A DNA stretch of 64,000 nt from an uncultured virus (IMG/VR IMGVR_UViG_3300005253_002810). Taxonomy: Duplodnaviria; Heunggongvirae; Uroviricota; Caudoviricetes. The notes beneath the pieces were generated by a model. The model was not told the origin of the DNA, searched no databases, and saw only the letters and a program-made list of their open reading frames with translations. Each line of letters begins with the position of its first letter. Position 1 is the first letter of the stretch. The stretch lies in IMG/VR virus record IMGVR_UViG_3300005253_002810; one strand, 5' to 3'. Both the position numbers and the translations under genes were made by a program. Shown here piece by piece: positions 56,636 through 64,000 of the stretch.

Positions 56636-58394
56636 TGCCTTTCGAACTATACCTCAGCGGAAGATACAAGAGGCATTACTGAAGACTTTGAGAGACTGCG
56701 ATACATGCGGTCAAAACGAAGCTACGCTCAATAATGCCTGTAATAATTGTATCCTGATTAATACTGCTCTGTCTCGTTTCGCAGATTCTAATATACCAAT
56801 TGGATATTGGCACCTTAAAATGGAAGATTTTAAAGGAAACAAGGTGTTGCTTGATAAGTATAATGAGCTTACCGAAAATCTAAATAAGACATATTATGAA
56901 GGTACATGTATATGTTTTGCTGGACCTCACGGAACAGGAAAGCAACTTTCATTAGAAACAGAATTGCCAACGCCCACTGGTTTTATTAAATTAGAAAACC
57001 TTAAAGAGGGTGATAGGCTATTTGATGAGCAAGGGAATGTTTGTAACGTTGTTGAGTTGCATCCGATTAATTTATCACCGGAATCTTATGAGATTGAATT
57101 TGATGATGGCACTACGATAAAAGCTTGTGCGGAACATAGGTGGCTTACGTGGGATAGAGATGCTCGGGCAGAAAAAAAAGCTAAAAATGAACCAATAATA
57201 AGAACAACAAAAGAAATACTTGATACTCTTAGGGTTGGTGGCTCTCAGCAGATAGCAAACCATTCTATTCCTTGTACGCAACCATTAAATTATCCACCCC
57301 AAAATCTCCCTATAGACCCATATGTATTAGGGATTTGGCTGGGTGATGGTACATTAATTGATGGCACTATTGAGTGTGCCGATGATGATATACTTGATGA
57401 AATTAAAAAAGCCGGATATTCTGTTAATCTTATTAACTCTTCGTTACGAAACAAATCAAAATCAAACAAATATAGAGTTGGCGATTTAATACTAAGTAAA
57501 CAAAAAAGACGTATTGGTCTATTAAAATATCAACTAAAAGAACTTGAAGTATTAAATAATAAACATATACCAAATAGATATTTATATTCTTCATTTAAAC
57601 AAAGGCTGGCTTTATTACAGGGCCTGATGGATTCTGATGGATCTTGTAGGGAAAACGGATTGTTAGAATTCTGTAGTGTTAAGTTAGATTTGGCAGATCA
57701 AGTTAACCAGCTAATACACAGTTTTGGCATTAAATCAAATATAAGAAAAAGTGCAAGTTTTCTAAATGGTGTTAGACATAAGGATAGGTACAGAATATGT
57801 TTTACAACACGTATTCCTGTATTTAGACTTAAAAGAAAATTATGTAGATTGCGTTTAGAAAAACAACAATTATGTAGAACAACACATAGATACATCATCA
57901 ATATAAAGCCCATAGATCCTCAACCAATGAGATGTATAACCGTTGATAGCTCATCACATTTGTTTTTGGTTACCCGTAGTTTTATTCCGACACATAACAC
58001 TATGACAACTTCCAATATACTTAAGAAGGCCTCGACAAGAGGATACCAGTGTTTGCATGTAACCCTAGGAGATATTGTATCAAATGCCGTATCTAATACG
58101 GCATATGATAAATTCACAGCTAGAAGAGAGTTGATGATGGTTGATTTTCTAGTTATAGATGAATTTGACTCAAGGCATATGACGGAAGGGGCCGGCGCTG
58201 ATTTGTTCGGGAGACAAATGGAAGACATCTTTAGAAGAAGATCGGAAAACAAATTACCACTTTTCATGTGTACAAACTCTCCCAATGTTATAGAGTCATT
58301 CACTGGGCCAATTAGGCAAAGTATAGATAGTTTGATGGGTTTTGCCACCATTGTTCCGGTTTTGGGTAAAGACTTTCGTAAAGGTGGAATGTGA
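56610..58394 (+). CDS. DnaC/IstB-like helicase loader ATPase with intein
   Basis: N-terminal CxxC pairs; Walker A GPHGTGK|T split by the intein; Walker B FLVIDEF; RRSENKLPLFMCTN; GKDFR; adjacent to dnaB. Confidence 0.88.
   Translation: MTRQISRSDAFRTIPQRKIQEALLKTLRDCDTCGQNEATLNNACNNCILINTALSRFADSNIPIGYWHLKMEDFKGNKVLLDKYNELTENLNKTYYEGTCICFAGPHGTGKQLSLETELPTPTGFIKLENLKEGDRLFDEQGNVCNVVELHPINLSPESYEIEFDDGTTIKACAEHRWLTWDRDARAEKKAKNEPIIRTTKEILDTLRVGGSQQIANHSIPCTQPLNYPPQNLPIDPYVLGIWLGDGTLIDGTIECADDDILDEIKKAGYSVNLINSSLRNKSKSNKYRVGDLILSKQKRRIGLLKYQLKELEVLNNKHIPNRYLYSSFKQRLALLQGLMDSDGSCRENGLLEFCSVKLDLADQVNQLIHSFGIKSNIRKSASFLNGVRHKDRYRICFTTRIPVFRLKRKLCRLRLEKQQLCRTTHRYIINIKPIDPQPMRCITVDSSSHLFLVTRSFIPTHNTMTTSNILKKASTRGYQCLHVTLGDIVSNAVSNTAYDKFTARRELMMVDFLVIDEFDSRHMTEGAGADLFGRQMEDIFRRRSENKLPLFMCTNSPNVIESFTGPIRQSIDSLMGFATIVPVLGKDFRKGGM
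56943..57998 (+). mobile_element. Gln-initiated, class 3-like intein (352 aa, LAGLIDADG) in the Walker A motif
   Basis: Starts QLSLETELPTP; block B ACAEHRW; GIWLGDG and QGLMDSDG motifs; block F MRCITVD; ends FIPTHN|T. Confidence 0.9.
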
Positions 58395-59878
58395 GCAATC
58401 TAGAAGGTTTAGATAACGAGTTCTATGAGGAAAAAGAAATCCGAGTAGAAGATCAAGACATTCGTCTGCTCAAAGCCTTAGTGTCTGATGACCAAGCCGC
58501 ACGAGAACTAACAAGCGTATACGATCACAGCTTATTTATGGGTGATGCTCGTCCATTTGCTGAGAAAGCAATTGGTTACTTTAAAACTTACAATCAGCTG
58601 CCAACCAAGCGAGTAATGCTTGACCAGGCAAAGAGTGGTAGTTTTTTTGAAGAGTTTGAGCATATATGGGATCAATTAGAGGCTGCCAAGTATGAACCCG
58701 CTGAGTTTCATTATGATTTAGATAAGGTAAAAGACAGGTTTGCTAGACATGAAGTGGCTCATTTAAGAGATAAACTTCCAGATGATATTAACGATATTGA
58801 TCTTGAAGCTGCATTGCGTGAAACCCGTGTAAGCCTTGATAAGGCCGAAAAGGTTCTGCGTGGCACGGAGCAGGTTTATACACAAAAAACTCTAAAAGAG
58901 TATATGCCTGAGTTTAGGGATGACTTCGTGAAGAAGTCAAAAGACCCCACCATTGGGCAGGGAATCCTTACTGGCTACTCATATATGGATTACATTACCA
59001 ATGGTTTGCAGCCATCGGACTTTGCTATAGTCGGAGGTCAAACGGGATCAGGTAAAAGTTTGTTGCTTGCCAATATGGCTAAGCAGATGTGGATGCAAGG
59101 CAACACCATCGACCAAACAGGTAACTTTTCCAAGGGTTACAATGTCTTGTATTTCTCTTTAGAGATGCCATATGACCAATGTGCCAGACGCACAATGGCT
59201 AGCATGTCTGATGTATCTACTTATTCTCTACGTGATTGCCAAATTTCAGATTCTGGTCAATTGGCGCGATTGGCTAACTCCGCAAACTTCATTAAGAATT
59301 ATCCGTATGAATTTGATATTGTTGATATCCCTCGTGGTGTTACCGTTGGGCAGATTGAAGAACGCTTTTTAGAGGCTGTTGCTAAAGGGCACAGGCCAGA
59401 TGTGGTTGTAATTGACTATCTTGGCCTGATGGATGCGCCAGGCGAAGATGGTGATGATTGGCTTAGACTGGGTCACATAGCTGGTAAGCTGCATGAGTTC
59501 GCACGTACATACAATATAGTGCTACTTTCTGCCGTACAGTTAAATAGGCCTAAATCTAAAGACCCAGATGACGCAATAGGATTGCATAGAATAGGCAGAT
59601 CGTCAAACATTATGCATCATGCTACACTTGGTATTCAAATTTTAACGAGAAAAAATGAGGACAATTTCGGTGATTTAGAATATCACATCATCAAGAATCG
59701 CAATGGAGAAAGAGGAAAGCATAATCTCCATAAGAGCTTTAAGACAGGGTCTTTAATAGATATTGTTGATGAAGATGGAAATAGCTATGTGCCACAGACA
59801 TCTGATGAGATAGGTGGATTTTCAAATGCCAATGTTATGGAAGATATTTCTGGCAAATTGGCTGAATTAGGTTGGTAA
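58391..59878 (+). CDS. dnaB: Replicative DNA helicase
   Basis: GQTGSGKS, YFSLEM, VIDYLGL, SAVQLNR, IIKNRNG motifs. Confidence 0.92.
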   Translation: MSNLEGLDNEFYEEKEIRVEDQDIRLLKALVSDDQAARELTSVYDHSLFMGDARPFAEKAIGYFKTYNQLPTKRVMLDQAKSGSFFEEFEHIWDQLEAAKYEPAEFHYDLDKVKDRFARHEVAHLRDKLPDDINDIDLEAALRETRVSLDKAEKVLRGTEQVYTQKTLKEYMPEFRDDFVKKSKDPTIGQGILTGYSYMDYITNGLQPSDFAIVGGQTGSGKSLLLANMAKQMWMQGNTIDQTGNFSKGYNVLYFSLEMPYDQCARRTMASMSDVSTYSLRDCQISDSGQLARLANSANFIKNYPYEFDIVDIPRGVTVGQIEERFLEAVAKGHRPDVVVIDYLGLMDAPGEDGDDWLRLGHIAGKLHEFARTYNIVLLSAVQLNRPKSKDPDDAIGLHRIGRSSNIMHHATLGIQILTRKNEDNFGDLEYHIIKNRNGERGKHNLHKSFKTGSLIDIVDEDGNSYVPQTSDEIGGFSNANVMEDISGKLAELGW

Positions 59879-59879
59879 T

Positions 59880-60070
59880 ATGAAGGAGATAGATAAATAT
59901 CACACGGTTGCAGAAGCGGTCAGAGTAGAACATGACCAGATGATACTGTATATTTGGTGTTTCAAATTATTGATGAAAAGTTTAAGAGAAAAATTAAGAA
60001 CGATTGGACTAAAGATTTGCCGCTTATGCTTATAAATAAGAGGCTTGTAGAATTTGAAGGTGATAAATGA
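59880..60070 (+). pseudogene. Small gene with an apparent frameshift near 59938
   Basis: MKEIDKYHTVAEAVRVEHD continues in another frame as DDTVYLVFQIIDEKFKRKIKNDWTKD...EGDK*, whose TGA overlaps the next ATG. The span is 191 nt, one short of a codon multiple. Confidence 0.55.
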
Positions 60071-60366
60071 ATTTTGAACGCAAAGGGCCTCCGCCGAAAG
60101 ATTTTTATTTGAGTGATTTTTTTGAGCGTAAGGGCTCTCCGTCTAAATGTTCATTAGAAGTTCAACTTAAAGCAAGATTTTTAAAGGCTGCAAACGATGA
60201 TGGTAGTCATAATCGTGAAAGTAGCAAGTGGGAAGTAATGGAAGGTGATAGGGTTGTGATTGAGTTAACTGTTAAGGAACTTACTGATAACATTGAGTTA
60301 GATTATGAATCAATAGCTACGCCTGAATTCGGTAGGGTTTTGCTTGAAAAAATAAGGAGTAACTAA
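60067..60366 (+). CDS. Hypothetical protein
   Basis: 99-aa ORF with AAGGTG RBS; coupled to the downstream gene. Confidence 0.55.
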   Translation: MNFERKGPPPKDFYLSDFFERKGSPSKCSLEVQLKARFLKAANDDGSHNRESSKWEVMEGDRVVIELTVKELTDNIELDYESIATPEFGRVLLEKIRSN

Positions 60367-60752
60367 TGCCAACATATGAACATCTATGTAACGCCTGTGA
60401 GTATGAATGGGAAGAGTTTTATAGCATAGTCAAGGATCCTCCAACACTGTGCCCAGAATGTAAGATGGACGGTAAAGTGAAACGACTTATCTCTGGTGGC
60501 TCTGGCAGGGGCATTGTGATACTTACTGGACATGATCTAAGTGCTCATTGCAAGGCTGAGGGTAGGAAGATCGCTAGACAAGCAATGAAGGACGAGAACT
60601 TAAAAGCTAATCTAATTGGTGAAGAAAAATATCATAACCAATTGCTACAGACATCGCAAATTACGAATGAGCTGGTTAAGATTGGCGAGAATGCACCGAC
60701 CAAAAAGCAACAAAAGAAAAAAGGCGTAATTAGAAGGGTCGATAAAAAATAA
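60366..60752 (+). CDS. FmdB-family zinc-ribbon protein
   Basis: MPTYEHLCNACEYEWE...CPECK...VKRLIS pattern. Confidence 0.85.
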   Translation: MPTYEHLCNACEYEWEEFYSIVKDPPTLCPECKMDGKVKRLISGGSGRGIVILTGHDLSAHCKAEGRKIARQAMKDENLKANLIGEEKYHNQLLQTSQITNELVKIGENAPTKKQQKKKGVIRRVDKK

Positions 60753-60910
60753 TGACTTATAGTGATAAAAAAACCCTGATAGACTCATTAAAAATTATTC
60801 TCGACACTAACGATGTTGAGCTCATTAAATTAATGATTGAGTCTGTTATCGAGAGGTTAGAAGAGATACCGATTGATAGTGACACTTCAAATCATATCAC
60901 TCTTAAATAG
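60752..60910 (+). CDS. Small hypothetical protein (52 aa, not in ORF track)
   Basis: MTYSDKKTLIDSLKIILD...HITLK*; TAATG coupling; fills the gap before the sigma factor. Confidence 0.5.
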   Translation: MTYSDKKTLIDSLKIILDTNDVELIKLMIESVIERLEEIPIDSDTSNHITLK

Positions 60911-60917
60911 GACGTTT

Positions 60918-61556
60918 ATGAAGAGGCTTTCTCAGGAAGAAATTGATGTTATTTCACGAAAATACTTAGAACTTAAAAACAAATCTAATTCTGGCTTACC
61001 AGAAGACGTGGCAAGGTTTAAGGCTTATCAAAACTATTGTATGGGTAAGTTTGGCTACCTGGTAAAAATCAGATCTGCTAAGTATCGGAAATTCTCCAAC
61101 CATCCAGACTTAGAACAAGATGGTTTTGAGGCGCTTATATTAGCGTTCAACACTTTTGATCCAGATAAGGGTAGCTTTTCTTGGTGGGCCGATAAGTATA
61201 TCAGCACCCGGATTTCGAGGGCTGCCAATGCACATTCTACAATTAGATTCCCAATTAAAAAGGCTAAAAAGCTTAAGCCTTACAAAACAAATACCATTCC
61301 AATTATAATTGATAAAGGCGCAAGTCCTTATCAATCAGTGGAAGAGTATGAAAGCAGTATAAATATAAGCGACGCTATAAGCCGTCTTTCTGGTTCGCAT
61401 AGGGATGTTATTAATATGACTTATGGATTCAATGGCGTAAAAGAACGAACTGTTGGTGTAGTATTGAAGGATCTCGACATTAGCAGGCCACAGTATGCTA
61501 AGCTCCTCAGAGAAGCAAAAGAACAAATTAGACAACAACTTGTAATATTGAAGTGA
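60918..61556 (+). CDS. Sigma70-family RNA polymerase sigma factor
   Basis: Region 2 DLEQDGFEALILAFNTFDPDKGSFSWWA; region 4-like LSGSHRDVINMTYGF...LDISR. Confidence 0.85.
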   Translation: MKRLSQEEIDVISRKYLELKNKSNSGLPEDVARFKAYQNYCMGKFGYLVKIRSAKYRKFSNHPDLEQDGFEALILAFNTFDPDKGSFSWWADKYISTRISRAANAHSTIRFPIKKAKKLKPYKTNTIPIIIDKGASPYQSVEEYESSINISDAISRLSGSHRDVINMTYGFNGVKERTVGVVLKDLDISRPQYAKLLREAKEQIRQQLVILK

Positions 61557-61563
61557 TTAATAA

Positions 61564-64000
61564 ATGAATGAAATATATACTTATGATGAAGCACTTAGTG
61601 TTTCTACAGAATATTTTTATGGTGATTCTCTGGTGGCAGGAGTTTTTGTTGATAAATATGCTTTAAAAGATGGCGATGATATTTATGAGTCTACTCCGCA
61701 TGATATGCATGTCCGTTTAGCGAAAGAGTTTGCAAGAATAGACTCCGAAAAGTACGGATTAGATTACCAAGAAAGATATGAAGTATATTTTGATGCTCTA
61801 AATGGGTTTTCTAGAATTGTACCGGGCGGAAGCGTCATGTCTGCAATTGGTAATAAATTTCAATATATGTCAGCATCCAACTGTGTGGTCGTTGAGCCAC
61901 CACAAGATAATATAGGCGACATTTTTGATACAGCCAAGGCATTAGCTCAACTCTTTAAACGAAGGTGTGTCGCATCAGGATCAAAAGTAATCACGCAAGA
62001 ATACGGCGTTTTAAATATTGATAATGTTGAACCGGGCATGCATGTTCTTTCCTACGATATCAATTATCGCCAAACAGTGTTTAAAAAAGTGCTTGAGACA
62101 CTTAAAACATATGTAGCACCAGAAGATCGTGTTGTTTTGAAATATTCTAATGGCACAACATTAAGAACATCTAAAAAGCATCCAATACTTGAGGTTAATA
62201 ACTCAGGGCATGCTTATATCAAAGCAGGAGATATATGTACTGGAAGCATTAATATAAAGCCAAATATCAGTACAGACGTTAATCTTTTTGAAAGAAATAA
62301 TTTGGCATGGTTTATTGGTGCCCATATGGGAGACGGAAGCGCAGATAAAGTTGTTGTAGGTGATGATCGTGGTAGATATGATAGGGTAAGATTTAGAATA
62401 TTAGGCGATAATGAAGATATAATTAGTAAGTATTGCGAAATTCATAATAATATAACAGGGAATAATTCTAATTATCACCCCAGTTATAGGAAAAGTTATA
62501 AAACAGCCTGTTGGGAGTTCTCATCATCTGTTGTAGGGAACGAGGAGCTTATAAAGTGTGTTTTTGACAATCAGGTTGGTTCAAAAACCTATACTGGTTT
62601 TATCCCACAAGTTATTCGTGGCGACAGATTGTGGTGGTCATTTTTAGCTGGTTTAATTGACGCGGATGGTACAGTAAAAAGCGGTGGTCAGCGAATTGTT
62701 ATTGGCATTTGTGCCCATAAAATTATAGATCAATTGTCAGCCTTTTTGCATGCGCAAGGAGTTAGTACACATTTATTGATCCGTGAAAATGTTCGCCCAA
62801 ATGAGAAGCCAATTTATCAGCTTGGTATTCATTATGATGTTGGCTTATGGAGACTGATCTCTAATTTGTTAGTTCATCCACATAAAAAATGTTTATTGGA
62901 ACTCTATGATGGGAAACAGCATTCTTTAAGAAAACCATTGTTGGATACAGAGTTTGAAACAATAATAAGCAAATACGAAAGTTTTAAGAAAGACTGGAGT
63001 AATTATGATCATAGGCTATTAGCTGTCAACATCTATTATCTTAAAAAGGAAAAAAGCCCCGGAATCGGCAAGGCTTTTGCAAGCCAGCTAGTTAGACTGG
63101 GTATTTTTGAGCCCAATGAGATGATTCATATTATGAGCAGAATATCATTGGTTTCTATAGAACAAGATCACGATTCAGAATTATATTTTGATATAGAGGT
63201 TGAAAATACAAATAATTTTTACTGTGGCAATTTTGGTTTGGCAGTGATTCATAATTGTGGTGTCGGAACGGATTTGTCTGTTTTGCGCCCAGAACAATCA
63301 GCTGTTACAAATGCCGCCAAGACATCTAGTGGGGCTTGGTCTTTTGCAGAGCTGTATTCTAATGTTACCGGCATGATCTGTCAAAGCGGCCGTAGAGGCG
63401 CCTGCATGCTGACACTGGATGTGCATCACCCAGATGTGTTGCGATTTATCAAGATGAAGTCTGACAAAACTAAAGTTACAAATGCTAATGTATCTATCCG
63501 TCTTAGCGATGAGTTTCTTAAGGCAGTAGAAAAAGAAACGGATTATGAGCTGCGCTGGCCATGCCATGGTGAGACCAAAATATCACAAAAAGTTAGCGCT
63601 AAAATGGTTTGGGATGAAATTACTAAACATGCCGCCGAAGATGGAGACCCAGGCATTATGTTTTGGGATAATATTTGCGACAATCTGCCGGCTAATAATT
63701 ATGAACAATTTCGCGCAGTTACAACAAATCCATGTGGCGAAATTCCATTAAGCAGTTATGATTCTTGTCGATTAATTTCTATAAACTTAACGGCCTATGT
63801 AAGAAATCCATTTGTAGATAATGTCTATTTTGATAATAAAGCATTTGTGAAAGATATTAGAATTGCCATGCAGATGATTGATAATTTGGTAGATTTAGAG
63901 ATTGAGCTTATAGATAGAGTTAAAACTGTTTGTGATAAGGGTTTTGAAACTGATATTTGGAATAAGCTGCAAAAATCTGGAGAATTGGGCAGAAGAACGG
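61564..64000 (+). CDS. nrdJ: Ribonucleotide reductase, probably class II (B12-dependent), with intein; 3'-partial, missing from ORF track
   Basis: Manual translation: MNEIYTY...DKYALKD...VPGGS...SASNCVV...KRR|CGVGTDLSVLRP...QSGRRGACM...HPD...NANVS...PGIMFWD...TNPCGEIPL...DSCRL. No stop seen before the window end. Confidence 0.9.
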   Translation, partial: MNEIYTYDEALSVSTEYFYGDSLVAGVFVDKYALKDGDDIYESTPHDMHVRLAKEFARIDSEKYGLDYQERYEVYFDALNGFSRIVPGGSVMSAIGNKFQYMSASNCVVVEPPQDNIGDIFDTAKALAQLFKRRCVASGSKVITQEYGVLNIDNVEPGMHVLSYDINYRQTVFKKVLETLKTYVAPEDRVVLKYSNGTTLRTSKKHPILEVNNSGHAYIKAGDICTGSINIKPNISTDVNLFERNNLAWFIGAHMGDGSADKVVVGDDRGRYDRVRFRILGDNEDIISKYCEIHNNITGNNSNYHPSYRKSYKTACWEFSSSVVGNEELIKCVFDNQVGSKTYTGFIPQVIRGDRLWWSFLAGLIDADGTVKSGGQRIVIGICAHKIIDQLSAFLHAQGVSTHLLIRENVRPNEKPIYQLGIHYDVGLWRLISNLLVHPHKKCLLELYDGKQHSLRKPLLDTEFETIISKYESFKKDWSNYDHRLLAVNIYYLKKEKSPGIGKAFASQLVRLGIFEPNEMIHIMSRISLVSIEQDHDSELYFDIEVENTNNFYCGNFGLAVIHNCGVGTDLSVLRPEQSAVTNAAKTSSGAWSFAELYSNVTGMICQSGRRGACMLTLDVHHPDVLRFIKMKSDKTKVTNANVSIRLSDEFLKAVEKETDYELRWPCHGETKISQKVSAKMVWDEITKHAAEDGDPGIMFWDNICDNLPANNYEQFRAVTTNPCGEIPLSSYDSCRLISINLTAYVRNPFVDNVYFDNKAFVKDIRIAMQMIDNLVDLEIELIDRVKTVCDKGFETDIWNKLQKSGELGRRT
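61966..63255 (+). mobile_element. Intein (430 aa, LAGLIDADG) in ribonucleotide reductase
   Basis: Starts CVASGSKV; RTSKKHP; GAHMGDG and a literal FLAGLIDADG (62641-62670); ends YFDIEVENTNNFYCGNFGLAVIHN|C. Confidence 0.93.

Noticed and set aside
60067..60366. Possible resemblance to a domain of jumbo-phage head scaffold-like proteins
   Set aside because: Based only on vague recollection; cannot be supported without a search.
585..63751. The many short minus-strand and nested ORFs in the ORF track
   Set aside because: They are shadows of long, motif-bearing plus-strand genes and show no recognisable motifs. Only 32886-33824 is accepted on the minus strand.
1..64000. CRISPR array, tRNA, rRNA, IS element or long DNA repeats
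   Set aside because: None seen by eye. Intergenic spaces are too short, and the longer ones are explained by endonuclease remnants. A tRNA or covariance-model scan was not run.

Overview
AT-rich, densely coding, almost entirely plus-strand segment that reads as part of a jumbo (huge) myovirus genome. (1) 1-24.6 kb: contractile-tail baseplate module with a hub, a gp5/gpV-like spike, gp25-like and oversized baseplate J-like proteins, a 2230-aa gpI/LamG protein and a dockerin-bearing protein. (2) 24.6-26 kb: small accessory genes (2H phosphoesterase, RHH protein, thioredoxin-like lipoprotein). (3) 26-52.5 kb: a ~26-kb glycan-synthesis island with about 12 glycosyltransferases (including GT10 and GT11 fucosyltransferase-like genes), gmd and fcl, three sulfotransferase-like genes, four methyltransferases, a HAD phosphatase, a nucleotidyltransferase, a GDPD-like protein and an rmlB split by two inteins. 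(4) 52.5-64 kb: tubulin/FtsZ-family protein, SF2 helicase, DnaC-like loader, DnaB, sigma factor and a class II ribonucleotide reductase running off the end (absent from the ORF track). There are five inteins (one Gln-initiated, class 3-like) and three decayed HNH-type homing endonuclease remnants. The lead candidate for a new system is a phage-encoded fucosylation/sulfation/methylation pathway placed next to virion genes whose products are strongly enriched in an Asp-Gly-Tyr tripeptide, a possible modification site. All family calls come from motif recognition by eye; no searches were run.
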